A stretch of 64,000 bases of DNA from Haliotis rubra (lineage: Eukaryota): positions 434,001-498,000 of the forward strand of contig NW_025767270.1 of NCBI RefSeq assembly GCF_003918875.1, in the 5' to 3' direction. Made by a program: the position numbers and the translations under genes. Positions within the stretch are counted from its first letter, which is position 1. The number at the start of each line of letters is the position of its first letter. Shown piece after piece: positions 12,645 to 25,808 of this stretch. The notes under the pieces are model-generated. The model did no database searches, was not told the origin of the DNA, and was given only the letters and a program-made list of their open reading frames with translations.

Positions 12645-12882
12645 AGGCCGGGTGGCCCAATCGGCTTGCGATTCGCCGTGCAGAGGTGAGTAGATTGGCC
12701 TCTTCAGAAGTCTGTGATTGTAGGTTCGAATCCTGCTTCGCCCCTATTATGGTTTTTTGGTTTGTTAATACCATAACAGTGGTCACAGGTTTCGCCATAG
12801 TGCTTATTTCCCTACCTTATTAACCTGTTACGCCGTGATGTGACGTAAATATTGATCCCACTCACTCACTCACTCACTCACT
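12645..12882 (+). mobile_element. Distinct tRNA-derived SINE-like element with (CACT)n tail
   Basis: A-box-like ggtggcccaatcgg, B-box ggttcgaatcc at 12723-12733, tail gacgtaaatattgatcc(cact)n. Single copy in this window. Confidence 0.55.
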
Positions 12883-13569
12883 GTAATCCGAAATAGTTCT
12901 CCCCAAGCCTCTTCCTATGAATTACCCTCACTAGTAAACACAACAGCATTCTCGGTATTTACATCTCACAAAGCTTCTAGTTTGAGAGCATTTACGTTGG
13001 TGATACAAATCTGGTGCTTCCTTTGTAAATCACTTTTACCTATTCATACAGTTTCTAAATATACATTTTCATTCAAATGAACAATTATGAGTAAGTTAAA
13101 TCACCGGTCGATACTAAACATTGGTGTTCACTAGAGTGCAACGGCTAACAGTTGAACATTGAATTGTTCGAGCTCCTTATGATCACGTTGGTTAACTGCT
13201 TTTCAATTGCCGAGTCATTAATGTCGACAAGCCATATACAATGAAGGTGTGCTACTTTTATGGTCAAGAGCGTGCAACGGAGATTCCAGCGTCGTCCTGT
13301 GACAACAGCACAGTGTACTTAGTATCAAACAGTACAGTGTACACGTACTTAGTATTAAAATTGTCCTCCCATTGGAAGAGGTTGCGTTAGTGTACAAGAG
13401 GTGTCTTGAGCTCTTCCTGCATTGATTTTCAAAATAACGTTGCTATGACGAGAATCAAATGCTAATCAGCTTGAGGTTATCTGCAAAGATTTTAAGAAGT
13501 GGTCATTTGAGATTCAATGTTTAAGCATCTATCCGTAATTACCTTCCTCGGACCATCAGATATAGTGAA

Positions 13570-13715
13570 AGAGTGAATTTTACGTCGCTTTTTTGAAAAA
13601 TTCAGCAATATCAAGGATGGGACACCACAAATGGGCTTCATACATGTCTGGACTCAAAGCCAGATCCTCGGAGTGACGAGCGAACGCTTTAACCACTTGG
13701 CTGTGTCTCCGCCTC
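13570..13715 (-). mobile_element. Family A SINE, diverged
   Basis: Recognisable tail and head (gacgagcgaacgctttaaccact). Confidence 0.7.
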
Positions 13716-14034
13716 GCATCATATAGAAGCACCAGAGGTTCAGTAATGGTTCTTGAGCATGACTGGGCGATAGACTACTGTCATCCCAGTCCGCTGGAGC
13801 TGTATCCTGCTTTAGCACAAGGGTGAAACGTTTACTGTAAACAGTTAGTCAGTTGATGAATATGTCAGTAAGTGGTTGTTTGTTATATTGGTTTAGTCGG
13901 ATCCTGCTTTCGTATATCTTTGACATTTTTTTACTGTACTGCTTGAAAACATATTTTTCAGATAGTCAACGTATGAATATGTCTTAAATTGGGTGTTCAT
14001 ATATTTACCTTATCATACTACCTTTGCTATTCTA

Positions 14035-14210
14035 CCCGTGAAGATCCGCGATATATTTGGTCTTCAGTAACCCATGCTTGCCGAAAGGGGCGACTAACGG
14101 GATCGGGTGGTCATCGTATCCCAATTGCGTAGATCGATACTCATGATGTTGATCACTGGATTCAATTATTTACAGACCGCTAAGTGCGGCGCTAGCCAAC
14201 CAACCAAACA
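14035..14210 (+). mobile_element. Family B element with internal deletions
   Basis: Starts cccgtgaagatcc; (CCAA)n tail. Confidence 0.85.
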
Positions 14211-14509
14211 GCCTCTACCATTCACATGGCCCTCGACAGGGTAGGCTGGCATTCTGTTTCGCTATGCAGAAAGGCCTTAACCAGGTCGAATCCAACGCAG
14301 GTGACTAGTCTGGATCATCGACGTGTTTCTTCTCTTTGTGTGAACCACCTCAACCTCTTTGAACCTGTTGCCCTTTTAAAACATTTTGAGTGAGTTTAGT
14401 CTTATTCTGGTCCTAGAATTATATATATGTTCCCATCACCTTGAAACACTTTATTTCAATACATACTGGTATCCCTGTAGATGTAAACTTAACCTCATCT
14501 GATGAAACT

Positions 14510-14673
14510 GGGCAGTGGGCTAGTGGTTAAAGCGTCCGCTCGTCACACTGAAGACCCGGGTTCGATTCCCCACATGGGTATGTGTGAAGCCCAATGTGTG
14601 AAGCCCATTTGTGGTGTCCCCTGCCGTGATATTGCTGGAATATTGCTAAAGGCGGCGTAAATCCACATTCACT
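14510..14673 (+). mobile_element. Family A SINE with internal 14-bp duplication
   Basis: atgtgtgaagccca occurs twice in tandem; otherwise consensus-like. Confidence 0.88.
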
Positions 14674-14707
14674 ACTATTCCACATGTGATGAAGCACTTC
14701 TCTTGTA

Positions 14708-14880
14708 GTGAGTGAGTGACATAGTTTGTTTTTACGCCGCTTTTAGCAATATTCCAGCAATATCACGGGGAGGGACACCAGAAATGGGCTTCACACATTG
14801 TACCCATATGGGGAATAGAACCCGGGTCTTCGGCACGACGAGCGAACGCTTTATACACTGGGCAACCCTACTGCTCCCCT
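14708..14880 (-). mobile_element. Family A SINE, tail-to-tail with the previous copy
   Basis: Reverse-complement match to the family A consensus. Confidence 0.88.
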
Positions 14881-17804
14881 TATCTTGTACCAGCGTGTTA
14901 TGAAACAGTAGCTGTAACACAATCTCAGTATCTAAGCCCTGACATCCCTTCTGATCTGTCACTGGTGACACATTTCTGCAGCGACGTTAATGCTTCCATT
15001 ACGGCGTTAACAATTCTCTCCTGAAACAGCTCACTACATTAAAACACAACGCTCAAAAATGGAATAAGTGGGTTCTGCTATTTCCGACAGCGCGATTCCA
15101 ACAATAATGGATACTAACAGAACATATGCGACAAGCGGCAGACATAGGCGGATGGAAACGTACCACTCTCACAGTCCGTTAATCTGAGGGATTACCGGTC
15201 GGTCGTTGAACTACCATAATTACACGGTAATTAGAGACTCAGGAATACAAGACACAAGGGTCTATGAGACATGATTCTCCAAAGAGATTTTCTTTGTACT
15301 CTGTGCCTGCTCCTTGTCTCTCTCGATTCCCTTATGGTACTCACCACAGAAAGAAACCAACCGGAATGGTTCCATTGAATCCTCTTCTAACCAATGCAGA
15401 AAGGTTTTTGGAATTTCCAGAGGTTCATTTAATGGACTGGAGAAAAGCATCCTTTCGTCAAAAATTGTACCAGCCTCATGTTGCATACCACTTAAATGAG
15501 ATAGTGTGATGGGTTTAGTAAACTTTTATGGGACAAATGGCACCTTGCCATACCTTCAGAGAAATATTGGTATCTCGAAGATTTTTTTACTTTGAATCGG
15601 GTTATCCGTTGTTCGGCATGACGATAAAAGATTATTACGTTGTAAAGAAATCAATAGGAATCAAAATATAGCTGTATAAAATTATATTGTAACGAGATTT
15701 TGGTGGATTAACCCGGTATTGTTCATTATGTATTATCACGTTCCGAATGGCTAAGTAATTATAGGGATGAGCATGTTGAATTGACCTTAAAGTAGGTGTA
15801 GATAAGTTACAGTTGAATATTCCGACTATATTCGGTTGCATTCTGTACAACTTATACATGAGGATAATGCATGCCAATGGCTAGTTACACTCAGTAAAAT
15901 CCACCACCTTTCACTTCTTCGCTTACACCCATGCTTAACTTTAATTGGACGCAACTTCTCGAGATCAGTATTCTACAGTATTGCATATGAATTAATCATG
16001 TATGCGTTGATGTACGAAATCGCCTATATACTATATAGTGGCATACGTTTAACATTAATGATATTGGCCTCTAGATGAAGTGACGTTGTAGAAGGAATTA
16101 GACAACTTGGTCTAAATTATTTGACCATTTAAATGCAATAAATTGTTTACCACAATGAATAGCATGCAATGACCTGTAATTGCTGTTTATTAAGCTCCTA
16201 AGGAAGATCTATTCCTACCAGATCTCTGTCCCTATGCTACCTTCAATTTGATGACTACATCGTTATGCCCGTTCCAATGAGTAGGTGAGAACCCGTCACC
16301 CATTTTTGCATTTAAATCGATATTACACGGTGGAAGGGTAAAAATGCAGATTTGTTGAAATCCCAAGAACACTCCAATCCAAATCCCAGGCTCTTACACC
16401 CGCGCTCTCCATTGAAGTGATTGAGGGCCTATTCTCACTTACCGTCTTACGACGGATTGTCCACGAGATTAACGGCTGTTTCCGACGTGACACCTCTCAC
16501 ACAACTAAAGGAATCTTGCTCGAGGGATTTCTCACTAACCTTTAGGGTTTTTGTACAAATGCCCTTGGAAAATGCAGTTTGCCGTGTCTCTCCTTTTCAG
16601 TGCTGTCGGTGCCGTTCAGGCCACATTTCGGCTTTTGAATCCACTTGAAAGGTGAACGAACCTTACAGTCAAAAGCTGTGTTTCTGGCACATAGTAAGCA
16701 CATGGGGATATTGAATACATTGATGAATCTTGACGGTTCAAGAAGGGTAGGCTGTGATATGGGTCTCTGTAGTGATGCCTTTTACTTGAAGGACGTGGAA
16801 TGAGATCCATTGAAATCCATCTCTCTTCTGAACAGTTCACCATCTGGTATCGTCATCAGAGGAAAAGCACTTCCAACCTTTCTTGTCATGTGAACGATCT
16901 GATGTGAAACATCTGTTACAGTTTCCGTGACTTCCCTTATTTACTGTTACGTGCAGAGTAATAGTAAGGCTTGCTGAGCACATATTTTGTATCCTTTTGC
17001 GGAAGTATCGGTGTTATTATGGTGTATTTGAATCTGTATTTGCTGGTATGAACAACTTCTATAAAGTAAATAACATTTAAGTTGTTCGTGTTTTTTTGTG
17101 CTCGTGCATCGCTGTCAAGTTAATTATTTTAGTGATGTAATTGTATAATATTGTGATATTTTTGTCGATCTGAGGCAGCCTTCGAAATAATCGCCGGCCC
17201 GGAGGCCCAGCGCCGGTTGTTATTAAATATTTGCAGGTTCTTGTGGCCTTCAGTAAATTATCTCTCTCTTTTTTTACTGGAATCTTTCCCTTGTTTTCCT
17301 TATGAACGTTTGGGAACCATCCATGATCCATCATGTTACGATAGCTTACAGTTTCACGCCCTGGTATTTCAGCGCTAAAATAAAGCGCATGGGAATGTCA
17401 ACACCAGTCTTTAACAAATAAATCGTCTCTCTGCGTCATAGGCTTCGCTAATTGATTTTGTAGAAACGGTGTGAAACTGTGTACAGTGTAGTCTATTTTG
17501 TTTCTATTGGTTTGGCTTTAACAAAATGGGCCAGCAGATTTCATTCAGGGCATGTAGATTTTAAAGCCTGCAGGCGCCAGCAGGCCCTGATGGCCAACTG
17601 GCAAATTAAAGTATTGCAAACACTGGTCTGCGGTGAGTTATGATATATGAGTATTAGTCAAATATGACATAGTATGGTACAGTATGACAAAGTCTGACAC
17701 CAGTATGACGCCACTATGACGCCACTATGACCCAATATGACATCCTACACAAACGTGGCAGTATGCCACTAGTTTAAATTGTTCGTGGTAATGGCGACAG
17801 AATG

Positions 17805-18083
17805 GGTGAGTGAGTTTAGTTTTACGCCGCAAGATATATGGACATTTGAGTAACCATAAGAAAGTGAATGAGTGAGCAATATTCCAGCTATATGGCGGCG
17901 GTCTGTAAATAATCGAGTCTGGACCAGACAATCCAGTGATCAACATCATGAGCACCGATCTACGCATTTGGGAACCGATAACATGTGTCAACTAAGTCAG
18001 CAAGCCTGATCCACCGATCCCGTTAGTCCCCTCATTCGACAAGCATTGGTTGCTGAAGATCAATTCTAACCCGGATTTTCACG
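17805..18083 (-). mobile_element. Family B element with a foreign 44-bp segment in its tail
   Basis: Near full-length homology to 28211-28460; 17831-17874 matches 25661-25704. Confidence 0.88.
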
Positions 18084-19186
18084 ATTGACACGAGGAGGCA
18101 TTAGTGTGGCAAATATGTTGTAAACCCATAAATCATCACTATGCGCAATGTTTATACAGACAGAATCACGTGGTATCTCAGAATATTGCAGCAACGCTAA
18201 TCAGGATGGTACCTGTCCCAGTGTCCCGATCCTGATTACCACGATCCATGGGTTCTGAGACTGTGAGGGGAAATTGGGTTTAACGTCGTCAAGTATTTGA
18301 ACTAACACGTCCATGTGGTGTAAGTGTTTGAATATGTTTCATAACACGCTGGTAGAAGAGAAGAACTGACCCAGTACAGAACACCATAGTGCTTCATCAC
18401 ATGTCCAGTAGTAGTGAGTATGGCTTTAGGCCACCTGTAGCAATATTCCAGCAATATCACTTCGGACGACAGCAGAAATGGCCTTTACACATAGAACCTA
18501 CTCGGGGAATCGAACCACATCTTTGGTGTAACGAGCGATCTTTTTTCACCATTTGGCTACCCCAAAGTCACGTACATATACCCATCAAAAGTTTAGACTT
18601 ATTTAAATCAATCACTATATGTTATAGGGGGAAACATCTGCAAACCTTATGCAGATTAATTGCACGAGGGCCATGCATCAAATTGCTGAAAAGCATGTGC
18701 AAATATCGTGCATGTGAACAGCTGCGTTTGGTGTAAAGTTTTGATAAAAAAAAAATCGCCATTTTTCACAGAGTTTCATCATTATATTGAACACATGACA
18801 ATAAACTTTTCAACGTCACGAATTTATTTTACAATACATCAGCTCATGGATAAACAGTTCCTTTAAACTGTATGGGTTATTTTACAAAATCTAGTTCAGA
18901 ACAGTTGACTGAAGTAAGTGGCTACACTAGTGAGTCTAAACTTTTGATGGGGAGTATATGTGTGAGGCAGTCTATCCTAGTTTGGACTAATTCTGCCTAC
19001 ACAATGCTATGGTTGTGCGTGTGCGTGGGCGCGTGCGTGTGTATTTGCGTGTGTATTTTTGAGATGGCGGAGTGGGAGGGGGTGGTGGTAATGGTGTTGG
19101 TGGATGTGTGAATGTGAACCTGTACTAGTCAGGACTAATGCTTGTTTTATTATCCCATTAAGAAAACATGCCTTTGTTTGATACGG

Positions 19187-19360
19187 ACACCCCACTCAGA
19201 CACAGTTTACTGACACCGAACAGAAAGTTCTTCTTTTATTCCTTTAATGCCGTACGCCTGACAAGTACCATCTTTCAACGTATTTTGGTTTCACGCGTCA
19301 GGGGATGGCAGAGCTCACCTTCCGCTCTCAGGACAGACGCTCTTTCCACCAGACAGAGGT
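19187..19360 (-). mobile_element. Family C SINE fragment, diverged
   Basis: caccccactcagacaca...caagtaccat...ttttggt matches the family C body. Confidence 0.6.
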
Positions 19361-20575
19361 CATTCCTGGAGGGCCCTTCTGATAATATATACTTTCCGAA
19401 AACAAATATCATCTTCTGGTCGTATTGGTTTTTCTGTTAACCTATGATCTGGATGGACATGGAATTGCTCTTACGTATACTCAGACGACCATGTTTGTTA
19501 CTCTCAGTGGCATACACAGTACCAATGACCAACAACGTCTGGAAGAGAATTGTGTCTTAGTAATGGACGTGGGTGACGTTGAGAGGTAGCACACATCTCG
19601 TGTCACTCCTCAGACGTAATGTGTGTGAATTATATATGAGTCCGAAGGTATATTATTTCATTATGACTACGTTCTGGCAATAGAGAGTGTCAGTTCACAT
19701 TGTGACTGAGAGCCCGCGTTGATAACGGCTCGGTACTGCAACCATGCTGGGCCCCCGTGGGACACCTTCAATTCCACTAATACATCCTTGTCATTGCGGT
19801 AAAAGGACTGTTTAATTGGGGCCATCTTCGGGTGTACAACAATTCGGAAGACATTAAATTGTTTGAGGAGGTTAAACCAATGATTGCTTAAATATTGAGA
19901 GAATGGTATCGATAGTTTAATATGTTTATTGATACAGACTGACAGCTCATGCCATCACGCCATAGACGGGAACATATTCTTCGACGTTATATCCAGCTAA
20001 GGTTTTAGGAACACAATACACAACAGTTTTGAAAGAACTTTATATTGAGCTCGTTTCGGGCGAAGGCATCAAGTTTAGAGAGGACACAACTTACTGCCGG
20101 ATGTCGCTATATATTTTCATTGTTAGTAAGTCTTTCACAGAGTGCAAACGTAACTTTAAAGGCATTTTGTTCATTAATATAGGCCTCTTTCAGACACACC
20201 ATCGTCAAAATGTTGTAACAAATTCTGCAAACAGGAAAGTCTGCAGGTTTTCATGAATGCGGTTCATACAATTACTCTTTATCGGTAAATATTTCTAAAT
20301 TAATGTGACGTCATCGATCACGTCATCGTCTGTGACGAGACAAGACATAGAGTATTTCCCAATTAACACAGTGCCGATCACCACGGCACGTCATCAACCA
20401 CGTCGTCGATGACGTTGCCTATGACGTTGCCAAGGACCTGGTGTCATCGTATTTTTCACTTCGTTTATGAATTTTCGTATGACTGCATTGAATCTTTCTT
20501 TTCTTGTGGCAAAGTGAGGGATACAAACAAACCAAGATACATATTTTAGGAAACATCTGGGTTTTATCTAATGAA

Positions 20576-20739
20576 GGGGCGATGGGGTAGCCTAGTGGTT
20601 AAAGCGTCGGCTCGTCATGACGAGGGTCTGCTTTCATTTCCCCATATGGGCACAATGTGTGAAGACAACTTTTAGTGTAACCCGCCTTGATAATGCGGAT
20701 TTATTGCTGAAACCCGCGTAAAACCGTACTTACTCACTC
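20576..20739 (+). mobile_element. Family A SINE, diverged
   Basis: ggggtagcctagtggttaaagcgt head; tail gcgtaaaaccgtacttactcactc. Confidence 0.8.
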
Positions 20740-22759
20740 GTTTAATACATCTGTTTACATCCAGCATTTTGTCAGCACAAAACTGCAAATCACAATCTTT
20801 TAACTCTATTGATAATGTGCTGCTTTATTGCACAGAGAACAGGCATGAAAGCGTTTTCGGTCGGATTACAAATATATTTTGATTGGAACAGCAGGGGAAA
20901 TGTTCCCAGTTCCCGTCAATGCTGAGACTCAGCATGCGGTTATTGTTAACAAGCGTACATTTGACACGGTACATCATGGTTCTCTTAGAAAATTGAATGA
21001 AACACAACTCACCCCCAGGATTCCTTTCACGTATCTGTTTTCCATTTCTCGGTCAAATCAAAAGGAATTGCAACTGATTTGGGACACTCATTCTTGGCAG
21101 TGGTATTAACCGTTATATTGTGCTGGTGACATGGGGATACTTTGTAAATTAATTTGTCTTTTAATAACTGAATATAGATATGGAATTTAACTTCGGTTAA
21201 GTTTGAGGGACTCATCCTCGGTACCCAGGGCAATATTTTCCGTTCAGTCCCTGTTACAGTTAGTTGCGCTGTTATGCATTGTAAATGCAATGGGTTGAAT
21301 GGCGCCATGAACAGAAGTACAGTTACATCACGGCGTGTATGTTTAGTGGGGGAGGAAAGCCCGGAGTAACGCACGTCCGACCGTTACCATTTTGGAGAAA
21401 CCTGAGGGGATCGTGCTGACAAAACTTAGAGACATCAGGCCGATCCGGGATTCGGACCTGTAAACATAGGTTTCTGGAGTGCACTGTCGAGGATGCGAAT
21501 TTCGCAGCTAACTGCGACGCCTAAGACAGCATGATCAAATTTGCTCCGGCACCAAGTGGAAATTATCATGCAATTATTTGATAGCGTATTGATTTATATA
21601 TTTTTTTTAATTCCTACATTTGTGTAATTGCGAGCATCGGTTCAATTTAAATGAAATTAAAACAAATCTGTGACATCGATCATAACTTCTGTCCATCGCT
21701 ATACGATAACTATTAGAATCGTGCTCTTGACGACAGAGAGCAATTCTGATTTCGGAAAATAAATCAGAATTATACTTTTCAATGACGATATCGCCCTTCA
21801 AGCAATTCTGATTTTAATTGACAGCTTTCTCTTTACTTAATAGCACAAAGGTCAAAGATTTTCCAAGCGTGGGCACTAATTCAATAACTCATACGGTTAC
21901 TCGTCAAGGTGTTTAAATCAGAACTAATCAGTGCATGGATATTGATTTTGAAAAAATCCGTGTTCGAGCAAAGAAATCCCGCTTTTTTGGCAGTTGAAAT
22001 TTACGTAAATACATGTTACAAGAACTAGTTTTACAAACGGTACTATGTTATCAGATTAAGATAATAATTACCTGACAAGCTCCCCTTTCGGGGGCGTGGG
22101 TGTAGGGGAGACGGTATTGGTCTCAGTGTAACCTTGGAGCATGGAGCAGGCATGGTGAGTGGGCGGGTGCATGTTTAGACATATGGTGACAGGGTGAGTT
22201 GTGTTTTACGCCATCTTGAACAGTAAGTATATTATATATTACATATATAATAGTGGAGGAATTCAACTTATGTGAGTCTTAAGCATCTAAAGGTTTAGCA
22301 AACTTTAGTGAAACCTACCAGGATGGGTATGGTGCTGGCAAACATAGTCGAGACGAACCGAGTCTCGGACCTGTCGTAATTGCGTTCTGGCGTCAGTAGA
22401 CCCTCCTGCAGTTGCCTACTAATTATGGCCGTTCCGCTTTGTCGAGGGAAATTGTAGCTCAGACTCTCCATTCGCTTGGTCCGTCGAAGGATGCTAAGAC
22501 TAGGAGTGAGGAACAGATTTCTGAAGTGCCAAAACAAACGCAACTCTGCAAGTCAAAGTGGGCCACTATTCCACCTTATATCATACAAAACACAGAAATA
22601 TAACATACATATTTTAACATCCGTTTGATCTTGCTTGTCGTAACACTTGTTGAATATGGAGGTCATTGGTTCATAATGAAGGCGAATCTGTGATTAAAAC
22701 CGACGACATAACTGAAATGCTGTTCAGAGCTGCGTAAAAGCCAAAAATCTAACCATCAG

Positions 22760-22869
22760 ACCTTGGCCCCGTTTCACAAAACTATCGTAGGGCTACGACT
22801 GTCTGTGATACAGTGTAGGAGGTGCGACAGTCGTAGCCCTACGATAGCTTTGTGAAACGGGTCCCTGGT
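22760..22869. mobile_element. Palindromic MITE, about 110 bp (PIF/Harbinger-like termini)
   Basis: ggccccgtttcacaaaactatcgtagggctacgactgtc ... gacagtcgtagccctacgatagctttgtgaaacgggtcc, about 40-bp near-perfect arms. Superfamily assignment is from recall. Confidence 0.75.
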
Positions 22870-25691
22870 AAGCATCACTCCAACCATTCTGAGATGAACG
22901 CATGACGACATCGCAGATCTGCAATTCCTTGAGGACGTTCTGTTGTATTAACCACGGCCTGCGAGCTGACACAGCAGACACGGGCAACGCTGAGTTTCTA
23001 AAAGATTCCATCCGTGGGCATTGGTGTTGACAGTTCATTCAGTCAATTTGTATAGGTGTGTGGTAAATATCGACTTTCTTCACGGTCGCCCTGATGAATC
23101 ATTTCAAGGGTTTGACTCCCACTATATGTTTCGCTCTTGATGAAATCGGTGTTGCTTTTAACGGTATATTTCATGTAGAATGTCTGACATTTCTTGGAAT
23201 ATTTGAAAACATTTCCGAGCATTTCTTTTGTCTTCATATTTCAGATTGTTTCAACTACCTGCAGATCTAACTCTTAACTTTGTGTTAATAATGTGTAATA
23301 TATATTATTAAACTATATACTATACAGAATTAGTTTTTGTCTGAATAATCATGAAGGAATTTGTCAAAAACAAAATATAAACTGAATGTGCTCTTTGATC
23401 AACGATCTCGAATTTCGCATCCAGACTCATGAAATAAACTTGTCCCTAATCACGGTGTCTTCCGGGCAAACTGAACATCTAAAAAACCAAGGAAATTGCC
23501 TGGTCCCCACACTTCTCGGACACAAAGGGTGGCAGATATTAGAGGAGAGGTTCATGCCCGATGGGTTCCAAGCATCTTGATACTTCATATCTACTTTAGC
23601 CAGCAATGCCTACTTCCAGTTTAAGACAGTGGCGGTTCTAGTTGTTGCCTCATGAATAAATGACATGGTTTCGTCTCGCAGCGTTTATAAAACACTTTGT
23701 AAGAGGCTGTTAAATCATGGTGATATCACGACTGTGAAGGTTTTCACTAGAATTGTGCAAGTGAAAACATCAGCAAAATAATATGATGAACAAATCCACT
23801 ACGTTTTCAGATCCTTGAAGTGTTTCTTAAACGGGCCATCTTATAGGATGCACCACATGACTGTTTGTTTTCTTGCGATGCTGAACCAACACTACAAACA
23901 TTGTCTTGTGTATTCTGGAATATCGATATATGTTTCACGTCGTGGCTTAAATCTACAATATTTCATAGTAGCGTTATCGCGTTTACATGGTGCCCCCCCT
24001 CAAACTAATGCAGGTAACGAACTACTGATTTGGGCTTCAGCCTTAAAGAACATAAACACATAAAAAATACCCATGCTTTTCTTTGTTGTGAACACGAGCT
24101 TACTGTAAATGTTATAGATTACAAACATTACATTTGTTACATAACGGAGCTCACAAGGCCGTGTTTAGAATCTGAATTATTCAAATCCTTGGATTTCCCC
24201 ACACAGTTTACCACAGCTCACTAACATTGATTATATTCAAATACATGACTGAGGAAGTTCCTCTGGGAGGCGGTGCCGGTTATTCAAGTATCTGTAGTTG
24301 GATGTTTGGTGCGCAGTAAGAAAGCCTGTATCCTATGAAATCATTACGTGTGATTAAGTTACAATGTTACACTTATACGTCTTTGGTTACCCACGTCCAT
24401 TAAACAAGAACATCAATCACTATTACGCTGAATCCCCTGGACGAAGCTTGGAACCGAATCACGTTACCTGTCTCTCTTATTTAAGACTGATGTTTACTTT
24501 TAGTGGCTTTGGTAAAGACGTATGGCTCTTAAAATCTGAAACTGAACTGGTCAACATGTGTAAATGTGCATTGGTGCAGGTTTGGTTGATATGTTGTGAG
24601 ATCGTCCGCCAATAAACCATACAGTTACCTTGGCCCATGGGTGCTGTGAAACGTCTTGGGGTGAAGGAAAGTGGTTATAATGTATACTTAACGATACTGT
24701 TTGACACCCGCATGGAAACAGTACACGTATTGGAACCTTGTAACTATGTCAGTGAACACATAGGGCTTGCAACTCTATAGTGACCAGCAATAATTGGAAC
24801 CAGACTGTTTTGCAGACGTATAAGATGCACACAGACACAGCGAGAAATTATTGTCTGACGTTTTCTATTACCTTTTCTAATGTAATATAGATTAAATGCA
24901 TACAATCCCTAAGTTTCATATTGGCTCTATGAACTAGTGGAAATAGAAGAAGCGACTTCGAATTTCAAAATAGACATATACATTCATATAATAACTTTGA
25001 AGTTATATATTTATAAATTCTTCTGAAGTACATTGTCGGCAACAAAAGTATAACAAAAGTAAAAGATGACAATTAAATCTGAAAAGGTATTGTAAGCGTT
25101 ATCCGTTACCTGACTGAAAACAGTTGTCGGATAACTGCAAACATAAGGTTCAAAACACATCCACAAGATCAAACACATCACCATCGAATAACCATTTTTA
25201 TGTTTATTTTAGCTGGCATCTAACGTGAGTGTGTACGTTCTTTTGGCCGACAGTTTAGTGCTTGGAGAGCTCGTGCCTAAAAGACAAAGCTTATGGCACG
25301 CCGGCAAACTACAATCGATCAGCGATCCGCAGCACGATGCCTCTGAAGAAGCATAACATCGTGTCAGTTAATGGATCTATTGGTGCCATCCGGAGGGGTG
25401 TAATTGCTGTAGAGTCGATTTATGAGTAGGGGCACAAAATGATCATTACTGGTCTGATACTTTGTGGGACGTGTTCGGATTTGGTGGGACAATGCGTTAA
25501 AACCCTCTATACCACTTGCGAGTTATATGTCATTGGAACAATACCTTGTAACGTACTGTACATCCCTAATGAGGAGTGAAATGGTTGTTCTTGTTTTACG
25601 CATTCGAATTTGGGGCAAATGTCAATATATACTTCTAAAAAGAATCAAATTAAAATCAATAAGATATATGGACATTTTAGTAACCGCAAGA

Positions 25692-25808
25692 AAGTGAATG
25701 AGTGAGCAAAATTCCAGCTTTATGGCGACGGTCTGTAAATAATCGAGTCTGGACCAGACAATCCAGTGATCAACAAGAGCATCGATCTACGCAATTGGGA
25801 TATGATGA
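25692..25808 (-). mobile_element. Family B element, 5'-truncated, with tail deletion
   Basis: Homology to the family B 3' half. Confidence 0.82.
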
